From Octopus sinensis (taxonomy: Eukaryota), in the NCBI RefSeq assembly GCF_006345805.1, contig NC_042997.1:2046001-2110000 (forward strand): a stretch of DNA of 64,000 nt, in the 5' to 3' direction. The notes under the pieces are model-generated. The model saw only the letters and a program-made list of their open reading frames with translations. It had not been told where the DNA came from and ran no database searches. Position 1 is the first letter of the stretch, and each line of letters opens with the position of its first letter. A program made the translations under genes and the position numbers. Shown here in pieces: positions 51,606 through 64,000 of this stretch.

Positions 51606-52662
51606 TTAATAGAATAAAATAAATATATATATGTCTGTATATGTATGTATATACATATACATATATATATATATGTGTGTGTGTGCGTATGTGAATATGC
51701 TTGTGTATGCGTTTGTGCCTCTGTGTGTGTGTGTGTATGTGTGTGTGTGTGTGTGTGTGTGCCTCTCTCTCTCTCTCTCTGTGTGTGCTAATCCGTAAAA
51801 GCGAGCTAATACGCCATTCCTTACGAAATATCGGTTGCAAAATTGTTTGTGAATTACTTACTAGGTATTGAGGTTTGAAATTTAAATGAATCTCAAAGAT
51901 GCATGTATAATATTGTTCATTACCTTTTCTTTTCGCTCGTTAAATACACAAGATTTAAAAAAAAAAAGAATTCCTTATTTAATACATTTATTTATACCAC
52001 TTACTTTCCGGCATGCGGAAGTCTTTGTGCATCTTGAATAATTTATGTTATACATACATTTTGAAACACGTGTGTGTAATAATACTGATAAATTTAAAGC
52101 ATGTAATGACTTAAATTTTAAAATCCTTTGGATATATACGTTTATTATATCAATGTTCCAATATTGTTTCCTAGAAGGTGGTCGCACTAATTCGAGCCAT
52201 CTTCAACATTTTATTCGTGTGAGTAATTCCTAATAAATTATAATACAAAAATATACAAGAAAGATCTTGGATGTTCATACAAGTGTAAATTATCTCGCTC
52301 TTTGTTGCTAAATATGCATTGAAACTTATAAAGAATATACAGTTATTTGGCCGATAATCACGACAAAAACGTATATTACGTGAATTACCTGGCATGCATT
52401 ATAAAGCTTATCTTTACATGCATACGTATATAATCCATTGTATTTTCCAGTGGGTTTCCTTATCATTATTGAATGTAAAGTCTATAAAGGATTATATGAG
52501 TAAAAGAAAAAAAAAATATTGAAAGTTAATAAGTATATTAAATTGCTAATAGTTTTACTTTTATTTCTGAGAAATCTTGTTTCCTAACCATATAAAATTC
52601 TGTTGTATCCTTGTATGTTATAGAGAAGACAATATCGTAATGATACAATAGAAAATAGAGGT

Positions 52663-52711
<49 letters not shown>

Positions 52712-54233
52712 AACATTTTCTACATGGAAGCTATCATAAAAAGTGGAATGGAACGTTAGATAATTCAAGACGTTAAAATATTAACAAACTTATATAACGT
52801 TCAGTAATAAATAATGATTCTAATGTGAAGTATAGAGAGGAAAAAGATGACGGGAATGGAATACACTAACTTTCCATTATTTGAAAGCAATAAATCACAA
52901 CGGAAGACACCATTTGAAGGGATGTAAGAGAAAAAGCGAGAAAGAGGGAGAAAGAAGAAAAGTAAAAAGCAATTTTCAACATAGCTAGACATAAATATGT
53001 CAAACTGTTGCATGAAAGAGTTACTGAGAACAATAGAATACATTTCCAAATATATATGTTTTGTATAAGAAGCAAACAAATACAGAAACATATTCTGTCT
53101 TGTAAATTGTTTAGCAATAAATTACGAAGTAGCTTTGAAGAATGATTGATCGATGTACTTTATGAAATATAATCATCTTATGTATAATTACATGAAAGTC
53201 GCGGTAGTGTAAACATTTATGCGAATATTAAACTCCAAATTTAATATTGAATACCGAAGAAAGTAGAAGAGCTGTATATGATGTGATTTCTATATTTTCT
53301 TTTAAAATAGGCTGCATTATAGACTCAGTTCATTCAAATACATAATACATATTCAACATATGTATTACGTATGGTTGAGCGAATAATTTATCTGTTATAT
53401 CGATCCTGAAAAAAAAATTGAAACGCTAGTTCCAAGAAGATTTTAAATATCCTATGTTACATGGTCGAATCTGAAAATACTTCTTTTTGAAAGTAGGTAA
53501 TTCAATAGAACGTCAATAACTATTACTAAAATGAATGCCTATGAAAAATTGTTAGTACATCAAACATAGGCTCTAATATATCTGTATATGTGTATATAGA
53601 ATATTTGCACTAAACACAATACATTGTTACAAACTCACTAATTTAATTACATAATATTCAATTATAATTACATAATATTCCAATTATGCATTTTGTTTAG
53701 AAAATGCCACTAAAATGCTTTTAATTAAAAAGATTCTCGAGAAGCAATAAGTGGTTTTGAAATTTATTTTCTTTTTCTAGAGTGCTGTATATATTTTGAA
53801 ATTATTTAAGTATATTTTTCAAAATAACATTGTTCACAAAGCAAAACAAATTACTAGAGTCTAATTACTAAAAGGAACTTTTCCACATATTCTTCCTACG
53901 GTAAAACTATGAAATAAAGATATCCATCAGTAAAATTACTTACCACTGACTTATTTTCTAATTAATATGCTATGAACGTAACATGCATAAAACAGCCGTT
54001 AGCTTTTTGTTGTACTTCTCTAAAAGTTACATCTCAACACAGTCAGATTATTATCATTCCGTACATCCACACGTAGATTTAGTCAAGTCAGAGAGTGCAC
54101 ATTTACATACGCAAAATTTTAAATATATTGAAAACAAACACTCATTTAAAGTAGTTACTATGACAAAAAATATAATGCGACTACTTACAATAAATGCTTT
54201 AAAGTATTCTATGATTACTAACCAACACAATAA

Positions 54234-54286
<53 letters not shown>

Positions 54287-55249
54287 TATATATATTATAT
54301 ATATATGCACACTAGTTTATAGATACGAGTAGCTAATAATTTCATACACTGGAGCTGTTGTCTAAGCAGGATTTAAAATCATACCTAGTGTCTCGATGCT
54401 ATATTGCGTCTCTGAGCACACGGATTATACAAGTTACAAATCAGGACCATAGAACGAGTGAAGTCACAAGAAAAGAAAAATAAACGAGAGAAGCAGGGAT
54501 TAAAAAGTGAAAGAAGAATTACAGGATAACATTTCTAGGATAAGTGTTATGTCCCTTTTGATCGTAAATCTGGCTGGTGTAAACGCTAGCTGGTGTAAAT
54601 TCAAGAGAAGTAGTCTTCAGTCTGTGTAAATTCAAGAGAAGTAGTCTTCAGTCAACTACATCAGAGGACGATGTTCTCCAATTCGCCAAAAGGAACTTCT
54701 CCATATGTTTAAATTTATTGAAAATATCGAATTTAAATTTCAGCATTGCCGTAGAATTTTTAAATCTAAAAAGGTTATGCGATCTTTCAGCTAGGTATAA
54801 CTCGACTTTTTTAGATCTAGTAAAAAAGGGCATGATTGATTCTACGATTTTCACTTGATCGTATGTCGCGTGCAAACTTCATATGTGGCTAGTGAATTTA
54901 ATGGCGTTACATTTATCTCCGTGCCAGAAAGAAGATATGTGTCCAGCAAAGTAACTTTTGAAAGCTCGATGGCATAACTTAATATAATTCTATTTTTCGG
55001 TTGGGTTATCATGTGCCATTGCTCTGATTGTTCTCTCATACACTTATATCAGACAGAACTCATACATATGCAGGTAGTAAGGACGCTCAGATGTTTACTG
55101 TCTTATGTGCAAGATACAATGCTAACAAGTGGCCTGCTTCACCACGCATGTAGTCATCAGTTATTACATAGAATTCCCCGCCTCCCGGAAGTAAAATGAG
55201 ATCTGGGCTCTTGTGGAGGTTATCTGTTTGATATGGAGTTACAACTCTA

Positions 55250-55560
55250 CACTGATCACAGACCAAGATTCAAGTTGTTTTATTCCCCTCCAGGTGGCTG
55301 TTCCTTTCTTCAAGGATGATGCAGGCTTATATCCACCAAATATTCAACACTGGTTTGTTCCTTAAGCTCGTAATCATTACCGCCCTTCTTGCTGTATATG
55401 GTGGTTTTGGAACATGCTTATTGCTCAGAGAATGTACCACAGATACTTTCATTGGTAGAACTTAACTCTTAAAGAGCACTCAAATATCGGCAACTGCTTG
55501 GACCTCATGATGCACTGTATGTCGGGCATTAATTCCTTCAGTGGTCGTTCTACGTTAGTT
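55250..55560 (-). mobile_element. possible RTE-type LINE 3' remnant
   Basis: Degenerate translation ..IMRSKQL...KYLWY..HVPKPPYT..IILEER..TWR resembles RTE C-termini; weak. Confidence 0.3.
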
Positions 55561-56309
55561 TGGCTCTCTCGCTTCTCACGTTTTGTGTTTGTAGATATGC
55601 GTTAACATATCAGTTTGTTTGGGTGTGTGAGTGTATGTATGTGTGTGTGTTTTGCTGCCAACGCATCAGAAGGAATGGCAACATCAGTCCATGATATTCC
55701 TAGTTTTACCTGCTTGGCAAATTGGGTAAGACATATTTCGTTTTCTAAAATATCCTTATCAATATGTTCAGTTACTTTGGCAGCCATAACAGTGACTGTA
55801 TTGTTGTTGATGTTGTTGGCAATGTTATTCCCGTTGTTCTTTTGCTATTTGCTTTGCTGTAGTTGTCTCTAAGTTTTGGCTTGTACTCATGTTATATTTT
55901 AGTTGTTGCAATGGTGTTGGCGATAGAGATGTTGTTGACAGTGATAGTGATAGAATTGGTAGCGGTGTTTGTGTTCTTGTTGTTTTCCTCATTGTTGTTG
56001 CTGCTACTGCTGCTATTTCTCTTCATGGTAGAGTTGTAGTCCTTTGGTCGTTGGACTTGCTGAGGTTTCACTTCCCATTCCTTGTAAGAGGGGAGAGCTT
56101 AGGACTCTGATACATATTAGAACTCTCTAATAAAGCTACCTCTGATTTCTGTTTCCACTACACTGGGTGAACATAAAAGTGTCGAAAGCGAATAAACCAA
56201 ATAGATGTAGAGGTCCTGATGTATTTAACTATTGTAACAAAGATACAGTAACTTACAACTCTGAAGCCACAAATGTACCACAAATGTAAACAATCGTCTA
56301 ACCAGTCGG

Positions 56310-56349
56310 AAATAATAATAATTATAATAATCATAATAATAACAACAAC

Positions 56350-56408
<59 letters not shown>

Positions 56409-56417
56409 TATTAATTA

Positions 56418-56488
<71 letters not shown>

Positions 56489-56490
56489 AT
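56310..56490. repeat. (AAT)n(AGT)n microsatellite
   Basis: Directly visible. Confidence 0.95.
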
Positions 56491-56499
56491 AAAATATCT

Positions 56500-57215
56500 G
56501 AAAAAACAGATTCGTTAACCAAAACACTCTAGAAGTGTGGTGGGGACTCTGGTATAGAATATGTGATGACCAAATTTCCACATAGAAATGGCTAAGAAAA
56601 AGTGATCTGAAAAGATGCACTGAGATATTAATAACCAGCACCCAGGAACAAGCTCTGAGAACTAATTACACCATGTTCGAAACAGATGAGAATTGCGAAT
56701 CGCCACTTTGTATAATATGCTGAAGCAGAAACTAAACAATCATATCGTGAGTGAGAGTAGCAAGCTGACAGAAAAGTACGCCAAAAGGAGGGTCGACAAC
56801 GTGGCTAAGTTCGTCCAGTGGAGGCTGTGTGAAAAGTACAGCCTGAATGAATCATGGTAATGGTACGAAAAGAACCACAAGGAGTCAACGAGAACAAGGT
56901 ACATAAGAGACTGTGGTATTTTACAATCAAATGTGACTTCCTAATCGAGGCTCGGAGAAAAGATATTGTGGTAGATAAAGGAAAACAAGAAACCACGATC
57001 ATAAATTTTGCAATACCCGGAGATGCATGTATAAGTAACAAAAAACTACAAGAGATTGAGAAACTACAGACTGTTACAAGATGAAATTACAAGAATGTGG
57101 ACTGTGTGGAGAGCGTCTATCATCTATCATTCCAGTAAATGTAGGGGCTCGGAGCACTAACAAGAAATATATCAGAGAAATAGGAATTGGCATGAGGGCC
57201 AACCCAAACGACTGG
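56500..57215 (+). mobile_element. old R4/Dong LINE 3' fragment (CCHC-like knuckle + RLE), between (AAT)n tracts
   Basis: WLRKSDLKRCTE..QEQALRTN..SPLC..C..DNVAKFVQWRLCEKY..IEARRKDIVVDKGKQETTIINFAIPGD...EIEK. Confidence 0.82.
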
Positions 57216-57274
57216 TAATAATAATAATAATGGCCGCGGCCTTCGGGCTAAAACATTTTTAAGGATTTCAGGAT

Positions 57275-57276
<2 letters not shown>

Positions 57277-57351
<75 letters not shown>

Positions 57352-57545
57352 AATAATATGAAGAAGAAGAAGGAGAAGAAGAAGAAGAAGAAGAAGAAGA
57401 AGAAGGGGGGAAGAAGAAGAAGAAGAAGGAGAAGAAGAAGAAGAAGAAGAAGAAGAAGAAGAAGAAGAAGAAGAAGAAGAAGAAGAAGGAGAAAGAGAAG
57501 AAGATATTGATGATGATGATGAAGATGAAGAAGAAAGAGAAAAAT
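57277..57545. repeat. (AAT)n(GAT)n(GAA)n compound trinucleotide tract
   Basis: Directly visible. Confidence 0.95.
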
Positions 57546-57849
57546 TTAAAAGAGAAATGGAAATGAGATCAAAACATGACAATATAAAATAATACAGATG
57601 AAAAAGGGAAATGAATTCAAGAAAATTACCAAATCAGAATGCCCAGCTATATACAAATATTTCATATTGACTGTATTGAAAATTGAACACCAACATTGGT
57701 AACAACATGAAAGACGGGGATAATACAGAATGGCATAAAAAGGAGGCAAAAATCAGTATTTACCAGTAATTATACATGCTCAATATTTCTCTGAACTTAT
57801 TTACCACTTCATAGCAGAAATGTTTACCTTGACAGAAAATCAGAATCTA

Positions 57850-59240
57850 TTACTAGGTTATAAAAGGGATGAAACATAAATGAAGCGGAACCGCTTAGTT
57901 GTAATACCTTGACAGCTTGTTATTACGTGAGGAGCGAATGAAAATGTATGACTTAACATTTGGCTCGATAGACTACGAAAAAGTATAGAAGAATATTTCG
58001 CATCATTGGATTTTGTGGTACATGACGTACGTAGGAGAAAATGTGATCATGTGAATTAGAATTATTAGAATTGCAATACTGAAGACTCATTATCAAATGT
58101 AAAATTTCTGAGATATTCTACGAGGGGTTCACTCTCTCCATTTTATCTTTCCTTGTTACATTCTAACTAGTTTTCTAGGAAAATACAAGCTTGCCAATGT
58201 GAACATAAAGCATCCACCGTTTATGGTTGAGTTCAAAATGCATCGAGAAAATGTAAAAGACATGGATGATCTGATCCAAACAGTAAGAATATTTAGTAGA
58301 GATATTTAGATGCAGTTTGATAGGCCAGAAGACTATACAGGATTGTTTCAAATTGCCAAAAGAAGATATTATTCCGTGACTAATATGTAATTCGGGATGC
58401 AAGTGAATGGGTGTCCTGCAGGACGAATGGATAATGGATAGAGAAAGTCTCTAAAGAGCACAAGTGATGGATCGGGACAAATTCAGACCTACTGGTATGA
58501 GATAGAAAACAGCAGTTTCTCACAATGCACAATATGTGATACCTTAAAACAAATATCGAGAGATTGTACGTTGAAAAAAAGGAAGGAGATAGGGGGTTGC
58601 TAAACGTAAAAGACACCAGAACCACTGTGATATTGTGTTTGGCAATCTAGTTTGAACAGAGGGAAGAAATGAATTTATATTCTGCAGCAAGAAATATCAA
58701 GAATGTTAGTGAAATGATACGGGAATCTAAAGAACACAGGAGGTGTGACAAGACGGAAAGTCAGTAAGAGAAAAGGATTACAAGATTTTATGCACGAAAC
58801 AAAGGATGCTTGACATATAGAAAGCTGGTTATAGCTGGCATGTAAATCTGTATCGAGATTTAAAAACGTCAATTGCACATGCCTTGGAATAATCAATTGG
58901 AATGAATTTGATAGGCAAATATTGGTAAAATATAGACAGAAGGCAAATATGTACGGAAGAAGGCAAATTATTAACTATCATTTAATGGGATGCAGTATGA
59001 TAGATGTAAAATACATAAGATCAAGCATGATTCTGTGGGTGAAAGTGTGCTTCGGAATCTTAGCCGACAGTGTAGATTCAAAGATATGCGAAATGACATG
59101 AATAGAAGCTAGATGTTTGATGGAACATATCCAAAGGGATATCGAAATATACTCAGTAATAGTTAGTAATATCAATAGATTATGATAAAATTACATAGGA
59201 TAATTGCACATACTTCGGATTCGAGACTGTAACTGATATT
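57850..59240 (+). mobile_element. very old R4/Dong LINE remnant (RT to RLE)
   Basis: IDYEKV..SHHWI, RGSLSP, MDDLIQTVRIFSRDI*MQF, IERLYVEKKE.DRGLLNV. Heavily decayed. Confidence 0.7.
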
Positions 59241-59602
59241 TCGAAAAAAAAATGAAAAAGGAAAATAGAATGAATAGATGCGATGCAAATGAACTTCATT
59301 AGCGCAAAGAAAGGAAAGAAGTTTCCTTCTCCAAAGGTTTGATCTTAAAAATCTGAACACAAGTTAATGCAAAGCATATCCTCTGGATAAAATACTAGTC
59401 TTGAAATACTAGTATTTTACTTATGGATAACAAACTTATCAAATTCAATGTTTACTTCGGCGGCAGTATATGAATTTAAACCAACTGCAGAGAACTACAA
59501 CAACTACATCCCATTAATAAACAAATTCGTTGAGTAAATGTACACATATGCATATTTATATATCTTTGCGTCGTGCTTGTCTCTTTATAAATGTATATTA
59601 GG

Positions 59603-59649
<47 letters not shown>

Positions 59650-60219
59650 ATATATATGAAAAAGAAGAACGAAAATGCAACATTTTAAAATTAGTTACAT
59701 TTGAATTTATTTATATAAATACATTAAAAAATGTATTTTTATGTCTTTGCTTTACATGTTTCGGTTGTTGAAAAGCCTTATGAAAAATATGTACTAAAGT
59801 GGAATATGTAGAGAAAAAGTAAAGAACATTATTTAAATAAACGTTCATAGTCTACTTTTTTTTCTGCAAGAGAAAGCAATAATTTCCTTTAATTTTCTTG
59901 TCATTACTAGTGGCACTGTCTTCACAATTTAATAGAATCAAGGCATATCAAGTTGTAGAACGACTGAATGTCTAAGTACGATAATATACAGCTCACATTC
60001 ATCGAATTCGTGAAGAAAACTGTAGATATGCTAGTACAAAGTTCAATCTACACCGTAGATAGCACTCGGGAGTTCGACCTTGGTGTGGGGTACTTATAAA
60101 AGTAAATATAAACGACGTTTAAACTTGAACGCCATTTGTATTTATTTTACAGTTGTGTACACACACACACACATATATATATATATTCAACCACGTGCTT
60201 TCACAAACCAACTTTCTCA

Positions 60220-60263
<44 letters not shown>

Positions 60264-60601
60264 CACTCACATAGATATCTGTTAAAAGAGTCGAGTCGAT
60301 TTACATAAATGTTATTCTTAAAGCTGTGTGTATTTAAATTCTAACGTCATTGGAAATATAATCCAGGTAATATCGCGTATCTTTTACTATATTTGCGCTA
60401 TACCTGTAGTTACCTCTAACAATACAAGTGGAGGTTGTTCGACAGCTATAATTTAGATCTTATCTTGTTACATTGACTTGAGTTATTGTCACTATCTCTA
60501 TTTAGAGTTCTTACTAATTTTCCGAATATTACTAAACTCTATGGGTACATTATAAAAAAATTTGAAATCATATGTGTTAGGTTATTATTATTATTTTAAG
60601 A

Positions 60602-60800
60602 AAGGCAGTGAACTGGCATGATCGTTAGCACAACGGGCAAAATGTTTCGTGGTATTTCGTCCGTGTTTCCGTTCTGTGTTAAACTTGCCTTTTATCCTTC
60701 GGGGTTGATAAAATTAGTACTAGTCAATCCCTAGATTCGATGTAGTTGACTTAAACCTCCCTCGAAATTTCAAGTCTTCTGCCTATATTAGAAAGGATAA
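60602..60800 (+). mobile_element. SINE family B
   Basis: aggcagtgaactggcatgatcgttagcac..ggtatttcgtc..cctttatccttcggggttgataaaattagtac. Confidence 0.75.
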
Positions 60801-61502
60801 TTATCCTTTTAGGATGATTGAATCCTCTCGTTATTTACTGTTAGTCTCCTTTGTTATTTTTGAAATTTTCTCCTCTTAATTGCATTACATAAAATTGATA
60901 ACCGTACTGTAGAATATTAGCAGTATATTCGTAGATACATATTTCAGATTTTGCATCATTGTTCTCCACATTCTGAATCTCTTCTGCAATAAAATTTGCT
61001 AGCGAAAGTTAAAGAGTTTATGTTGCATTTTTTTGTACGTCTTATTTATATTACATTTAATAGTTTTACAGGCATTATAGTAGTTTATAATAATCGCAAA
61101 TGTGTTTCTAAAGACATTCAGTATGATGAAATATTTACTATCAGTGTTTCTTTTGTTGGTTTTATTTCACGTGGAAAATTTCATTCCCATTGGACTATAA
61201 AATACATTTAGAGTTGTGCACATTTCTCAAGTGAGTTGATATGAAACAATACTTTCAAAACGATGTAGTTGATCGACCAATAATGTATTGTCCCAGCGCC
61301 AAAATATATAAGCCAATTTTAATTTTCTTTTGTGTTTGGATAATAGTGTATCAAGCATTTCCAGAATGTTTCGTCGCATTTTCTTGGCTGGTGTCACGAT
61401 TAGGCATAATTTCAAATTGTGTTAATAACTTTACAGCCTTTTAAAGTCACACACACATACACACGCAAATTCACACACATACACGCATACAGAAACACAA
61501 AA

Positions 61503-61566
61503 AACACATGTGTATACAAACACATGTGTATACAAACACATGTGTATACAAATACATGTGTATACA
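61503..61566. repeat. 16-bp minisatellite (aaacacatgtgtatac) x4
   Basis: Four consecutive near-identical units, each with the internal palindrome acacatgtgt. Confidence 0.85.
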
Positions 61567-61590
61567 TGTATATATATATATATTATATAT

Positions 61591-61640
<50 letters not shown>

Positions 61641-62500
61641 TAAAATCCTATCTATATATGCTTAGATGTGTGTCTGTGTGTTTGAGTGCACCTGTGCATT
61701 TTTGCTTACTTATGTGTTTTTTGGGTTTATGCATATTCGCAAGTGCTTTTGTCTGTAACGAGTGTGGAATAATGGGAGAATTTGTTATATAGTTAAGTAG
61801 ACAGTGAATCTTTAGCTTATATATATGTAACTGTGTGTTTACAATTGTAAATCTTTGTGTATTGCGATGTATATGAATATAATTATAAGTACATAATTCT
61901 GTCAGGAAGTAATATATTGAAAAACTTTCTAAATCTCTATAGAACATTAGGAAATAATTGTTATAAGCTAGCTTGGAGATAAAAGTAGAGAATTGAGTAA
62001 TGTATATCAGCAGATTCTTGTGTAAAATATAAATGTATTTCATTACATGATATTCATGGAATTTCCTACAGAAGAAAATAACGACCGAATCGACATATAA
62101 ATGCATTTCTCAAATGAATATTGCTTCAAAGATACATTCACAAAAGGCGTATCCAAATCACAATAAAAAATGTAATCCAATAGAGATTTATTATGATACA
62201 CAGAAGTAAACCAGTTTAAAATTATATTTATTTATTTTTTGTAAATGTGAAATGAAAGAATTGTTTCTTCGACTATTACATATTGAAAGTAAAATACAAT
62301 AAAAATTTGATATAAAGAAAGAAGTAAAGAGAGCACCAAAATATTGGTCAATTATGTGTTTTATGCTCTCTCTGATAAGTAATTTATGATATTTCATTAA
62401 GAGAAACGTTCCAGTGCGTTTTATTGGAATAGTCAGTATACGTATACACATGCCTACACACACACACATTATCTCTCTCACACACACGCACACTAATATA

Positions 62501-62556
<56 letters not shown>

Positions 62557-62814
62557 ATATATATATACATGCATATATTCACATATTCAAATATGCGTAT
62601 TATATGCATTTATGTATGTGAATCTGCATCTATTATTCATGCATATATACATATATAATATATGAATATATTACACCCACCCACCCACACACACACACAA
62701 TTGTATTTCTATATACACTTACATGCACTTTCACATTCACTTTCCTATATGCTTATACATATATTCATACGTGCATACATACTTTCATACATACATGTGT
62801 GCATGTGTGTGAGT

Positions 62815-62856
<42 letters not shown>

Positions 62857-64000
62857 ACCTGATCAATATTATGATATTATATGAACCATAATACTCTTAA
62901 AGTGATGGACATTTTAACATTTTATTGAGAATAATTTTCCTGTGTTGCAACAGTGAGACATTCCAAAACATTATATCTATATTTCTTAAATATAATTGCT
63001 TTTGTACTCCATTTACTTTCCTTGCATATAATCTTCACATATTACATTTTCAACATGCTATAACTGGCAAAAACACATATTATTGTATATTATTCATTTC
63101 TATTTTTTACTAATATTTTGAAATTTAATGTGGATTACTTTGCATTGTGTCTTCATATCAAGGCATCTACTCGGAACGTCAGAATAAATATTTTGTGAGA
63201 AGAGACAACGTCACATTAGAAAAATATTCGTTTTCTTTATATAGAATTTTTATTTTAGTATAAAGGCGATGTATTGTATACAGAGGAATATGTCTTATAT
63301 TAGCATAAACTATATACATTAATACAGTATTGCCATAAGTTTCAAAATTTATATTTTGTTTCTAAAATACATTTTGGTTAACGAAATAATGCCAACCAAT
63401 TATTAATCGCACGCAAAACTGAGAAACAGGACATTGACGTATGCATCAAGTCATAAAGAAACCCCTGAAAGGAACGTAAGAGTAACATTCTCTTCTAGAT
63501 TATGTCTCGCATAACAGCATCCCCCACGTGACACGGTCTTTAAGCACTACACATATACCGACTGAGTTCAATGTGAATTCAGGTTCCCGAGTAGCGGCTT
63601 AATTTTTGCGTATACTTTTGCGTATACATCGTCCCCAAAATTTGGGACTAAACAGAAACACTTACATTCAAAGGAAATCAACAAGAAATCGTTTCTAATG
63701 AGTAAGAAGTTTTGCCAGGTATATTTTTATGCATATGCAATTCAGTGAGAATTAAAAGAATGAGTTGTGCAACTATTCATAACACGTTCCTGTAGATACG
63801 TGCAAGGAACTGAAGAAATGTATTGAAATGAAAATCTAAAATTGTAAGTACCATCATGCCAAAGCCAGATGAATGGTAATAATTCCTCAAAGAATCAGAC
63901 TAATGCAGCCATCAACCGTCAGAATAAATTCGTTCTTTTGTCTGAAGAGAACAAACCAGCAAAAACTGAGTAAGGCAGTTCGATGAAAATATCCTCTATG

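Noticed and set aside
54594-54653. 29-bp direct duplication tgtaaattcaagagaagtagtcttcagtc
   Set aside because: Simple local slippage duplication with nothing inserted between the copies.
61123-61230. Signal-peptide-like MMKYLLSVFLLLVLFHVENF ending at a GTGAGT donor
   Set aside because: In-frame TAA at 61198-61200; hydrophobic frames arise readily in T-rich DNA.
61241-61444. ORF with LGIISNCVNNF resembling GPCR TM7
   Set aside because: Lacks NPxxY, has no upstream TM context, and lies right after a donor-like site.
63797-63841. Segment with canonical acceptor and GTAAGT donor
   Set aside because: Stops in all three frames; no coding support.

Overview
AT-rich, repeat-saturated eukaryotic DNA with dense (TA)n/(CA)n/(AAT)n microsatellites. 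The SINE families and R4/Dong LINEs look like an octopus (coleoid cephalopod) genome; this is inferred from recalled repeat families, not a database hit. No host protein-coding gene can be confidently called, and most ORFs in the track are microsatellite or GC-rich artefacts. Transposon content: the 5' half of a CR1-group LINE with CCCH-finger ORF1 (1-2.7 kb), about 14 SINEs of three families, R4/Dong fragments in (AAT)n tracts, a Helitron remnant with both termini, a mariner, and a Penelope GIY-YIG remnant. Structural features: a 1.37-kb tandem duplication and three inverted-repeat structures. Two features stand out. (i) A GC-rich island at 14.6-17.2 kb contains the 5' half of a highly divergent 18S rRNA-like gene on the minus strand, with many compensatory helix substitutions plus later disabling lesions, followed by a putative 5'-ETS. 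(ii) A short repeat carrying a minimal hammerhead-ribozyme core occurs in both arms of an inverted duplication at 43.8-45.3 kb, one copy intact and one with a core mutation. All identity values are estimated by eye and coordinates of degenerate elements are approximate.
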